Source: Ptychomitrium polyphyllum
Taxonomy: Eukaryota
Assembly (NCBI GenBank): GCA_973851085.1
Contig: OZ316775.1
Coordinates: 21,328,001-21,392,000 of the forward strand
Direction of reading: 5' to 3'
DNA: 64,000 nucleotides
Each line of letters opens with the position of its first letter. Within the stretch, counting starts at the first letter, position 1. Shown piece by piece: positions 1-11,905 of the stretch. The position numbers and the translations under genes are program-made. Below the pieces are notes generated by a model. That model was not told the origin of the DNA and made no database searches. It saw only the letters and a list, made by a program, of their open reading frames with translations.

Positions 1-2472
1 GAGCCAATTCACCAGTGCACTCTGAATGTTCTGTGCGCTCCTGAAAGAAAATATATTAGTTCCACTTCAGAGGACCTTTCCCAAAGAAACACAAAGTCGA
101 CACGATGAAAATTCACGTCTCTTCGATTCCAGTCTGTTTGCATAACTCCATAGTCAAAATAGACGCATAATATGCTTAGAATTCAGAGAACGACTTCAAT
201 ATTTAACAATGGTGCAAATCGGAATTCCGCACTTTTATGCAATACTAATCCAGGGCTTTCCATAATTAGGACCTGCTGAGCGCTTCATCCAGGCTTGACA
301 AATAGGCTCGATTGACTGCCCCAGCATCTTTCCGAGCCTCTCTCAAAAATGGGGCAGCAAGAGACCAGGGCGGCAGTTGGGCCCTTAAGAACTCCAAACA
401 GGTAAGTTGCGTACTACAAAACACATGAATAACAGGTGCCCTCTTCAGAATGTCCATGACAAGCTTTGTAACCTTCTTTTCTGGCGCAGAATCAACTACA
501 ATACACATGCCAAACATAACATACGCGTGTGGTACTTAGTAAAACATGATTTTAATAACAAATGAAGCTTAAGGACAGACTTATGGCAAGAAGAATCACA
601 CCAGCTTATACTTAACGACATTAGCTTCGTTTCAAAACCAAATTTAAGACCTACAAAAACCCACGAGCCGTGTGGTTCTTAATCCACGAGGACAGGTGCC
701 CAAACAATTACAAAGCATTCAAAAGTAGGAACGTATTTCGAGCCAGTGTCGCTGAACTCAACAGAAGCATCGATACACATTTTATATTGACTTGAACATG
801 TGCATAGGTACAAGACTCAACTGCTCATGGTGGAAGACTCGAATTTGTGGCCATGCACTCTTGCAACTTTAGAATAAGTATAGAGTCATACCAGTTATCC
901 ATGAATGACATATAAAACCCGCAAGTAGACCTGCTATCTGCTCCCGATCGTGAGGCCGCTCTCTCATCGTATCTGGACACACAAACAACAAAATGAAGTG
1001 CTGCTCATTATACGTTCGAACAAGGCTTTTGTGAAGTAAGTTCTGATAATTCAAGGGCGCCTGCCAGATTTGACTTGAAGTTGACGAGAAATAACACGAA
1101 TATTAACAAATCACAAATTTTGAATGAGGAAGGACCAACCTCTAGCTCAATTGAATAGGGCAGATAAGACAACGACAGACTCTGAAAACGATTAGTCCTC
1201 TTACCAAGTCGAGAGATGCTTTGACTGAGGTTATCACGTAACAGGGTTGCGAATTCATCTAAAAATGGTTTGTTGCTTTTCAGATTTACCATCTCCGGAT
1301 TTCCATGAAAGTCCTCCTGCATGCACCTCTGCATTGATACAAGTCTTCATTCAGTACACCTCCACTCTAAACTATCACACTATGCTAATGGAAGTTTACG
1401 AGATCCTCTAGAGTATTTTGATCCAAGGCTGTGGAAATGAAGACAATTACTTGGAAGAGGCCAGCAGTCAAAACGTTGTCCATCTCATTGACAGCTCGGT
1501 CTAGTTCTTCTACATTCCCGGGCACCATGTCAAATCGAGATGGCTCGCCTCGTACCGAATGCAACATTCTGCCAAGCCGCCAAATAAATGTAAGGAAGTT
1601 AAAAATCCTACCGTCGCATGCTGGTGTAAAACCTAGAGGCCCCTTTTCAAACTACTAACCAAACAAGCTTCTGGTCGGCAATGAACAATGAAATCTGAAC
1701 AACAAACCAAGCTCACTCTCTATTAGTACAGGACAGTCCACAAACCTAAGTCACCCACTAAGCAAGTCACAGTTCGGCACTGTTTCGTGACTCATATAAC
1801 TGAAATTTGATCAATTCTAGATAAGAAGTTATTGCAAAAGATGCACAGACCTTGTAAAGAGGGACATTGCATGGCCAATGCTGAGGTTCTGTGAGATTAT
1901 CTCATCTACTGTAGCAATGATTGTGAATCCATCCACCAGAGAAGAGAAGACGGTTCGGAGATGGCAAGACAGGAAGTAAGAGCGAGGAGCATCGTTCCTG
2001 TAGACGGACTCCAGTTGTTTCACCAAGTTGTTAATCAAGCCCCGCAATCCAGCGATGAACTCAACGAGCTCGTTAAAAAACGAAAAAGATTTTGCAAAGG
2101 ATTTTTGTAGCTCTCCCTCTGCTGGCACGTCCTCGCCACTCGGTCGTAACCCAAATACAAGCAAACGGGGATAGAGTTTTGTCCGAGCCAGCTGCCGAAA
2201 TCTATCCATTTCTATACAATTGAAAGCCAAGACAGTAACAATTTTGTTGAAAACCGAATTATCTGTAATCATCACGAGGTCTAGAACACTCGGATCGTCA
2301 CAGATATGCGTCCGCAGTTGCACAGGGTCTCGATTCACATCTGCAGCCTCCCTAGAGGCCAAGCCCGCACAGCCATAGTCTGCAGCCGATTCCAGAACTG
2401 CAGATGCCTCACCCCGCCACTCATCCACAAAACGACGAAGCCTCTCGTGCTGCTCCTCTGCCACAAACCCAC
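1..2472 (-). CDS. WASHC4: WASH complex subunit 4 (SWIP/KIAA1033) homologue, multi-exon, runs off the left edge; first (ATG) exon not located
   Basis: Phase-compatible GT-AG exons 2472-1851, 1568-1451, 1328-1205, 972-892, 495-273 and 40-1. Peptides such as DPVQLRTH..LDLVMITDNSVFNKIVTVLAFNCIE..KLYPRLLVFG..EGELQKSFAKSFSFFNELVEF and DREQIAGLLAGFICH resemble the SWIP N-terminal domain as I recall it. Confidence 0.85.
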
Positions 2473-5400
2473 CTGCTCTTGCCACAAAGCGCAGTGAGAA
2501 ATCCCTACAAAATCCAGAAAATTGCCCAAAGCTCTCCACAGATGAGCAGGAGACCCAAAAACCCAGGAAGCCACACGACAGTTTCTAACATCTGGGAACA
2601 TCTCCTAAACCTACAACAAAGAGCGTTTGACATCTATTGCATCTCCTAAAGCCACAACAAGACTTAAGCAAAAAGTGCAAGGCTGGTGGTCCATCAACAC
2701 ATACCAGATGACGGGGATGTGGCCATGAGGAAATTGAATGCAGGTAATGCCTGCAAGAACAAAATCCCACCTCCGCTCGATGAGAGCACAGTGGAATTGC
2801 AACCGAATAGGGCAACCAAATGGGGTCTTGAGGGACGAAGAGGATCATAGATTCCTCTTCTATGCGGTAGCTGGTATAACCTTGGGCAGAGTATTGACAG
2901 TGCACCACCTCAAGCATCCAATGCTTGCCTTGATCATTAGCAAACCCTACATCCCATCAAGATTGTGACCTGATTTTTCTAAGGTTTCTTACGAACCCAA
3001 ACTCCCTGCTTGCATCTAGCAGCTGATAGCTTGCTTCAGATCACGATGCATGTACCGAAATGCAAGAATCCCTAGCATTCCAAACTCTTACACCCTAGAT
3101 TATCAAGTGCTCTCTTGATTGGTAGCCATTAGCAAACCACAAACACCGCCACAACGAGCGCCCAACCTCAAGATATTGCAAACCTAAAAACAGAAAATCT
3201 AACGCTACAATGGCGCCAGCTTCAAGCAGCCTTCAACCTCATGGCATCATAGACTGGACTGAAATGGAACGAACTCAGCAACCAGCCTTCAGTAGATTAC
3301 TGCGCATGATAATCTGAACCGCTCCCTGTTGAATCACAAACGTCTAGCCGGTTGATCCAAGGTCTCCACTTGAGCACCCGAGTCATGAGTTCTAACCCTT
3401 GTCTGGCCCACCAACCAAAATCACTGCAGCGCTGTCTCAAAAATCTCAACTTGAGATCACGGAACTGATTTCAGACTCATGTCTTCTCTACATCATCATG
3501 GGACTCCGACAGTACTCCATCAGACCACGGGAAGAGAAAATCTGCCGGAGTGAGAACCTGTCAGCTTACTGTGCGACAGCAACAATCGAATGCGGAAGAA
3601 AGATTTGTTCTTTCGAGCCCTCGATCCAAATACATGAAACACAGAGATCGCAACGCCGCACTCTGTCGCATAAAACTGACTGTGCAAGGCGACAACAATT
3701 GAGGCTGATACCCAAATCCGACGAATTCTACTAAAGATATAGATTATGGAGACCTGGTGTACGATTGTCGTAGATGATGTTAGTTTTAGTGTAGTAATGG
3801 CTTTGAGTACGGAACCTTAAAACGTCACTATCGACTTCGTCGGTGTCGTGATCGCTTTGCCGTCGAAGTTTGAACCGCGCGAAAACACGGTCAAACCTGC
3901 GACCGTGACTAAGCTGTGTCCTTGCCCGTGAATATTAACGATTCTCACTAAAACAGAACTTCTGTTCTACATGTTTTACAAGCTTTTCTGTTTTCAAATC
4001 TTTTCTCCAAGATTATGCATCTATGTTTCACTAATTATAACTTCATATAAATAGTCAAGATGCTTGATATATTAGGCTTATTAAATTATATCATACTACC
4101 ATTTTCTATTTCATTATTTGACTAGAATATTATAAATTGAGTGAATGTTTGTTGTCATGTGTCCAAATAAATATAAAGGTAAAAATTTTGTGATTTTAAC
4201 TTGTGATATTAGCTGGAAGGCTAGTGCTTTTTAAATGTATATGAGAAATAAAGCAAGTCGAAAGGTAAGAGACTTTAAAAATAAAAGTGAAAAAAAATTG
4301 TTTCTATATGTGATTTTTATTGGCCAAGTTGAGGCATTATTAATTAGTTATAATTAAAATTATATTGAAGTAAGATGAAGACAAACTATGTTTCAAATTC
4401 AATTGTTTGTGTGAATGTTTTAATGATCAATTTAGGAATAATAAAAAAGTCAATAATGAAAAAAAAAAACTTAAAATTCAATTTCCTCTATAAAAAATCT
4501 TATAATTACACCAAAGCATTTTATATGTAAAAGTTTCATATTTGCAAGTGACAATTTTTCTTGGTTTTAAAGAATGAATCATTGATACAATTTTAAATCT
4601 TTTTATAAAGAATTTTTTTCAACCTTAATGGTATTTGAGAAAATATCATTTATGAGTTTTTATATTTCATGTGACATTTTCAAAATATTGTATTGACTAA
4701 TAGGTCTACCACTGCCAAAATTGTGCTTGGTTTATTTTATAGTAGATTCATTATTACAAATAGATTCAAACGGAGTTCTCAAAATAGTAAAATTCACTTA
4801 TATGTATAATACTTGGTAATGACATGGTGATTTGAGATTTCATACAATAAATGAAGCACTAGATCGCATGTTGAAAAATTAGATCTTATTGGAGTTTATA
4901 TTGGATCTAGCTTTAAAATGCTTTATTTCCTTCATTGTTTTCATAACGTTCTTTATGAGTCCTTCTAAATAATGAATCTTTTAATCACTTGTTAATCATC
5001 TTTATCTCAAAAGAATAGCACAATTGTCCAAAGGTCAAGTTCATTGTCAAAACCTTGTTTCAAAAAGGATTCAAAGCCATGTCAAAGCCAAGTCATCAAA
5101 CTAGCCTTACGCCTTCATGTAACATACCATCACTATCATTTATTGCCTATCTTCAACTTTCAAAGGTGAATGTGGGTTGTAGAATACTATGCTGGAATGT
5201 TAAGAAAGGTGTATTTTTCAGATGCAGGATTTTATCTGAATTGTGCAGCAGCTGCACCCAGTCTGTATGCAAAGGCGTTCATTCTGATAGAAGAGAGATG
5301 ACTAGGGCGAAGACATCACTTGAAGATGAATGAAGGCCGTTTTCTAAGTGATAAGCCTCCTCATATCATGGCACCTTAGTTTACAGGAATGTCTTGGGCC

Positions 5401-6116
5401 AATGGCTGATGAGATTTTGAACCAAAAAGGGCAAGTTCGCTGAGTTATTTCGTGGATAACTTGAAGACTCTAACAACGCCGAACTCAAAATCATTCTCTC
5501 AAAACTTGTCACTGTACTTATATTAGTTCCTCGGCTAGAGCATTTTAAACTGGTCAGAATGGTAACTGAATCTGAATCTATGATCTGAATCTAAGAGAAG
5601 TCAGTCTAGAAGTAACCCAAAGTCATTTAATATTGTCCTGGGACATGACCAAGTTGGCTATCGTACAAGGAACATTGTTCAATGGTGTTCGTTTCTCAAT
5701 GCAGTCCAGTAGCAAATCGGCCGATGGTTCTACCAACCATTTGCCCACAATTTTAGCAATAATTATTCTATCATGCAAACAAATCTCACCATCTCAATGT
5801 TACATCAACAGATGCGAACAGAACAACCTTCTTTGAACATGAGTCTGAATTTGGTTATTATAAAATTATTTGCAGCTCCTGAGAACAGAAATTACTTCTG
5901 GAAGAAAAATAGTTTCATGGTAACTGTACAAGCGCATAATAACTTGTGCTGAAGAGTATCGATATGTAACATATACTACTCCTGAAAATAACAATCAGTA
6001 GATCCTCGCAGAATGCGGAGAGAGAACTGTACAGAAACGCCTAATATTGTGCAACTGGCTGCAAGGAACAAAATTGACAAAAGTTGAGGTTGAAATGTGG
6101 ATCTGCGACCGTCCAG

Positions 6117-7325
6117 TCAATTGACATGAGGGACCAAGATACCAGCTTCAGGCAAGTTCAGGCTCGGCAGGCACTGCTGCAGGAAACCAGAGACAGGAGC
6201 GAAGCTCATGTTGTCCGTCCAGATATCGAAAATGTCCGTGGCGAAAGCAGGTACCTTCACATGAGAATTGGCTGCGGTGTCCGCACCGCAGTAGGTATCG
6301 GACGCATCGCTGGCTGTCATGGTAGTGGGCATGCCGTTGCTGTACCACGCAGGCGCCATCTCCACATGCCCCTCCATGTCAATGGGCCCAAAATCGTCGT
6401 CAAGTGCATCCACAGCACCCAAGGTTTTGGAAGACGTCGCGAACAAGGCGTGATGATCAGACAGGGTCGCAAGACTGGACGTTGACGCGGGGGTGTCAGG
6501 ATCCTCATTAAGCCCCGACACTATGGAATTCTCCGACGCAGCAGGCTCGACATCGGACGTGCCCAGGGCGGTGATGGGGACAGTCCCGCCCATTACGCTC
6601 GACTGCAGAAACGCAGTCATGGCTGCGCTGTCGGAAGAACGGAAGGCTGGCATGCGGCGCATGAGTTGCTGCATAAGCAGGTCATTTCCGCTAGTTGGCA
6701 ACACCACATGCTCGTTGTGCGCGCTTTGCAGGATGAAGGGCGACGAAACGGCACCCATGTGATTGACAGAAGCGTCTACGGGAAGTTGGTGGTAGTCCTG
6801 CTGCATGAGTTGGTGGCTGCAGTCCCCTTCGCTCGCTGCAGCGGCTGCTGAGGAGGATGCCAGCAAGTCAGCCACCTCCTTCTTCTTGCGAAGCACCTGA
6901 CCTGCGAGTTGTTGCAATTCGGCGGCACTGTACGAGTTGAGACGATCATCCCACAAAGAGTTCTCCAAATGGTCCGCCAGATTGCGGTTATTGTCCATTA
7001 AGTGGTGCAGGTCAGTAGCCACTTTCTGGACCTGGTTGTGCAAGAAAGAGGTGTTGTCGAGCTTCCTCTTCTCGCGCTCCTCCAGCGAAACACCCTTGTA
7101 GCGGCTGAGCACGGAGTCCAGATTGGGTTGACCCCAGAGCAGCGGGGGAGCCCCAGCCATCTGCGGATGGTGGCACATGACCGCAACGTCCACGCCGCAC
7201 AAGATTGACAGCTCCTTCACCTTCTTTAGCAACCCTTTCTTGCGCTTGCTGTACGTTGCCGCTCGCGATGCATCGCTCTTGACGTGAGGGCCTATGTTGA
7301 AGACCAGTCCGTTGCGAACCCCCAT
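6117..7325 (-). CDS. Type I MADS-box transcription factor, intronless, 402 aa
   Basis: N-terminal RAATYSKRKKGLLKKVKELSILCGVDVAVM is a MADS domain. It is a single exon with no MIKC exon structure, followed by a coiled region and an acidic low-complexity C-terminus. Confidence 0.9.
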   Translation of the reverse strand: MGVRNGLVFNIGPHVKSDASRAATYSKRKKGLLKKVKELSILCGVDVAVMCHHPQMAGAPPLLWGQPNLDSVLSRYKGVSLEEREKRKLDNTSFLHNQVQKVATDLHHLMDNNRNLADHLENSLWDDRLNSYSAAELQQLAGQVLRKKKEVADLLASSSAAAAASEGDCSHQLMQQDYHQLPVDASVNHMGAVSSPFILQSAHNEHVVLPTSGNDLLMQQLMRRMPAFRSSDSAAMTAFLQSSVMGGTVPITALGTSDVEPAASENSIVSGLNEDPDTPASTSSLATLSDHHALFATSSKTLGAVDALDDDFGPIDMEGHVEMAPAWYSNGMPTTMTASDASDTYCGADTAANSHVKVPAFATDIFDIWTDNMSFAPVSGFLQQCLPSLNLPEAGILVPHVN

Positions 7326-8390
7326 GGCTACCCGCCTTTTTAATCGAGAGTTGGAAGCCTGACTTCGAGCTAATAACTTCTCTTCCCTCTCTGCTCACTG
7401 CAAGAAAACTAAATATGATTGTTAAATTTACAAGAGCTTGTCGACGGAAGGTTCACTCAAATGTCAAGCCAAGGTCCGGGGCATGCGACCATCACCCGTG
7501 CGTCCTCTAGTGCATGCACAAATAGGGGTTGGTCCAACTCTTTGGCCCAATATGGGTAACGAAGAACAGCCTATATCCTGACTTTAAGGTTGTCTTCATA
7601 CAACTTGCCTCGAAATAGAAGTTTCCACAATGACGTTAGCATGTGTGTGGATATGCTGGGATGGGTGGTCACATGGAGATTCTACGTTAGATCTGGGGTA
7701 ACAGATTCTTTCCAAAGAACCGGGACCCTCAGACAGAATGAGACCGGCGCTTGCTGAAATATCTGGCCCTGCTCTCCGCGTTTTTCCATTTTCGGTGCGC
7801 TAGTTTGACACCTAACAGCAGTCCGTCAGAGAGGTGGCATCTCACGGAACGGACTCCGCCGGTGTCTTCGGTTTACGCATGGAGTGGGAGTCATGCTCAC
7901 TCATCATGTGACAAAGGTGCTACCTGATACACTTCATGACTGCTGGTGGAGTAATGGTTCACTCGGAGAGTCCATGGATTGGATGGAAAAAGTTCACATT
8001 AAAAGGAACATTCTAATGCAGTCGGAGTGGACTAAACAGCTATTATCACAAGGACCCTCCACAAGTTTGTAACTTAACAACTTCTTGTGACACCGTGCCC
8101 AACTATCGCTTGCGAACCACGTCGGTGTATCCCCGGTATCACCTCAGTATCATCCGAGTGTCGCCAAAGTATCGATCAAAAACTCGACGTTGAAAACTCA
8201 CCGAGGCTCCTCCTGATTGAATTGTACTAGTGTGAACGTCTATGTGCAGAAAGATCCAGGCTTGCTTGAGATCCGGTGTGTGGGATAACGATGCAGCCTC
8301 TTGCGAGGCCTGTTCAGATGTACGTTCCTGCGTGCTGCAGCTCCTGATTCCATCATGATGTCCACGATGCTGTTTTGCCCAAGCGCACAT

Positions 8391-8457
8391 GTCCCTATGA
8401 AGCCGTAAGGTAACTGCGGAGTCCCCTATGAAGCCGTAAGGTAACTCCGCAGTCCCC
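8391..8457. repeat. ~30-bp tandem duplication with internal micro-inversion
   Basis: gtccc(c)tatgaagccgtaaggtaact occurs twice. One copy ends actgcggagt and the other actccgcagt. Confidence 0.85.
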
Positions 8458-9351
8458 TGCCACCGCCTAATTCGCAGCCGCGGTTACTGGTGAAAAGCCA
8501 ACAACGCTGTCCACGCGGCTGGTCGATCACATGGGTGACAGCACACAGCATGGGTGGGTGAGAGGTCCATGTAGTTTTGAAGAGCATTACACTTCAGAAT
8601 TTGGATGGTGCACTCTCAGTTGCATGCCTTCACTATCCACCCAAATTTTTTAAGCACTGCAATGAAATAAAAAGTTGACTTGGTACTGCAGCAGCTTCAG
8701 AGAACTCCATATCTTTTGAATTTACGTCTTCGCAAATTCGAATCTAATTTATCCTGCATGCATGAAGAGCACAAGTCGATGATCACGCATGCTTCATAAA
8801 ATTAAAAAGTTCCACAATTCTAACACTACAATGCTATCACCTTCACTACATTGTTATAAATTTTGTATCCCTCGTAAATAGGACAACAATCTCAAAGGCA
8901 TTGTTGTCATTTGCAAATGTAGCATATTTTTATATGTTACATATTAATTACTTGCAATTGAAAATTCTTTTATGTGATCGATTGTGGAATTGCTCCAATA
9001 TCCTTAGAAAGGCTAAATACTATTCAATATTATCATCAAAATAGCTCTTAGATATTTGAAAAATATAAATAAACTTATCAAGTTTGGACAAAAATATATA
9101 TTTCTAAATGAACATATCACAAGAATGCAAAAGAAATTTTTTTTTTATCTATTATGTTAATGATAGTATAAGATTTTGATTACTTTGATATAAATATTAA
9201 TTGTTAAAGTCTTGATTTTGAAGTGTCCTATGTACTAATCTAATTTTTTGAGCCAACAAAAAATGTGTAAAAAAATCATTTGACATATAAAAATGTTATG
9301 AATGATGTTTACACAAATATCAATAAGGTCAATTTGAAAAGCATTCTTCAT

Positions 9352-9505
9352 TATTTGTAATATGTAATTTGTAATATGTAATTTGTAATATTACATTATT
9401 ACATTTTGTATTATTACATTATTACATTATTACATTTTGACTCCATGTAATATTATTTGTAATTACATTATTTGTGAATATGTTGGCATTTTGACTCCAT
9501 GTATT
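9352..9505. repeat. AT-rich low-complexity repeat (tgtaatatgtaatt / attacatt units) with duplicated cattttgactccatgta
   Basis: Directly visible repeated short units in both orientations. Confidence 0.75.
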
Positions 9506-10792
9506 TATGCATTAAACAAAAAAGATACAATGAATTTATGAAACTTTTCAAATTTATTTTGAACTGAAAAAATAATTTGGATCTAGCAAAGTATTGAAAA
9601 CAAAATTCAAAACAATGGATTAAAATGTATTTTTTTATTTATCTATTTTTAGTTTTTATATCTTAAAAGATCATAAAATGGTTTGTTTTTAAAGTTTGTA
9701 TTTTTTATTCCAAAAACATGGTAAGTAAGCAATATGTTTCTTTGTAATATATGTAAACAATTATATTGGCAATCAACTTGTATTTTTTGTTGCAATCTGA
9801 TATTAAAATCTGAATTTTTAAATTTTTTTATAAAAAAAATTTGAATTAAATGTAAATGTCCCTATTTGTATATCCAAAATTCTTAAAAGGCTGTTTTAAT
9901 AAACATATAATGATTACAAAAGGATAAATGAATTAAAATAAATTATAGATTAATATTTTTGTGCAATTTGAATTTTTTATGAAATATTTAGATGTGTAAT
10001 TTGTATTTTGGAACCAAATATAATATATGTCTTTAAAAATATCAAAAAGCATTAGTAATTAAAACAAGATATAGAATATAATAGATTCTTTACACAAGAT
10101 ATTTTACCAAAAAAATTCATAAACCTGTAAAGTTTGTATTTTACTAGGAACTATTCTAATTCCAAACCACAATAACCAAAAGACATAAACATTAAGAAGT
10201 TACTTTTTTAAGTTAAATCAAACTTTCAATAAAAATCCTTCCATATATAGTTTTTTGTATAAAATTTGAACAAAGCATAAAGTACTAATCAAAACCAAAA
10301 TTGTCGCATCTACTAAGTCTAAGCATGCTAGAGATAGGGACCTCATACAAAATCCAAATAACTAAAATATCCTAGATTGAACATCAGTTATCCTAGATTG
10401 AACATGAAGAGGTGGCCTCCTACCGCCGAAATCGACTCCTAACAAGAAGTAGATGACTAACATCCATGTCCTGCGAGTGCTATAATTCACGAATCATCCA
10501 ATGGCCAGCCCGCGGCTGCATGAGCATTTCGAGATGAATTTTCCAGCGTCTGCGTTCGGCACGGCGTGTCCACGGTCGGCACCAGGCGTCTGCGTTTCCG
10601 GCTGCGGGTGCGGGGCGCGCCCGCGTTGTGTCGTCGCGCCAGGCGCAGGGCACGAGTGCAGTGCGCGCTTGGAGGAGAGCGTCATCCTGGATCGCTGCCC
10701 CGCAAACCAGGCCCTTTGAAGTGGTGGCATCAGACATCCGCATCGGCACTGCACTCCATCACTGGAGGGCTTCGTATTGGCGTCGCTCACTC

Positions 10793-10839
10793 ATGGCGCA
10801 CTCATCAGGGGGGCAGCATCAACAGCAGCTCTAACTCAG
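10793..10839 (+). other. Probable first exon of MED31 (short uORF MAHSSGGQHQQQL* as written, or frameshifted coding exon)
   Basis: ATG at 10793 and donor CAG|gtgcg after 10839. It matches the acceptor tgcag| before 11871, which is open and in frame with MED31. Confidence 0.5.
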
Positions 10840-11905
10840 GTGCGCTGCTCCGCTTACTCCTGGCAGATGTAGTGCTCCTCCATCCCACCTATCTCCACTA
10901 TCCCCGTGCTTCTGCTTCTTCCTTTTCACTTGAAACCGAGCTGCTTGCATGATATCGCTTTTCAGGGCGCGCTCATCGTTTCCTGGGTCATGTTCTGTGT
11001 AGGGTTCTAGGGTTTTTGTATTTAGAATTGATGGATTACAAAAGTGGAGGTTTTAAGGTTGTGGGTGTTGCATTGGAATCGATGAATTACAGGATCGGAG
11101 GTTTAGGGTTTTAGGGTTTCGTATTCTACCTTCAGGCTTGCTTTCACCTCTGCCCTGTCGCAGACCTTATAGATAAATTATGATACTTAAGAATTGATTT
11201 GACAAATTGAATCTGAGAAACTGCGCCCTGGACTTGGATTGCGCGCTGTATATTGGATGTTCTGGGAAGGTGTGAGTGGCCATTTAACTTTGCATTAACT
11301 TTCAGTGGCGGGATGTCACTTGTCGAATCTACAAAGTGCATGAGATGAAAAACGAGATTCTGTTGATACCACTGATATTTAGTTTGTAAAGTTTTTTTCT
11401 GGGGTCTTGACTGCGTGGTCTTTGATATGTCCACAGTAGAGTGATGTATAGGGAGCTTGTATTGATGGCTGCTGTCACCATAGCTCTCTACAGTAAGAAA
11501 GTTGATGCTTTAAGGTGGAGAGCTCTACTTGACTACGCTTAGTTATGAGAGGTAGAAAAATGAAGCGGTCAGAATTGTCCTAGGGGCGTATCTGACTCAT
11601 CCTTGAACATTTGTAATCTACTCTGGGCTCAAAGAATAGTGCTGTTGGTGTCTTGTACGTTTCTGAAGTTCACAGTATACGAGGATTTAATGTTTAGGGT
11701 GTGGAGCTCTTTTATTATGCAGTAATTGCAACTAATATATTGTTTCTTAGATACAATTCACTTAATCGAGATCTCTTGTGTAATTTCTGAAGTTATAACT
11801 ACTCCTTGCTAGCTAGCCAGCTGGAATGGCATTATCTATATCTTAGTTTTGATGGTGGGTGATTGTGCAGCTTCCACTGTGGGAGCTCTTGAGAGACAGT
11901 CTATA

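Noticed and set aside
10480..10790. Several 70-130 aa ORFs upstream of MED31
   Set aside because: GC-rich promoter DNA with few stop codons and no recognisable domain.
11000..11120. Telomere-like tagggttt motifs
   Set aside because: They are scattered telo-box-type motifs in a first intron, common in plant housekeeping genes, and not a telomeric array.
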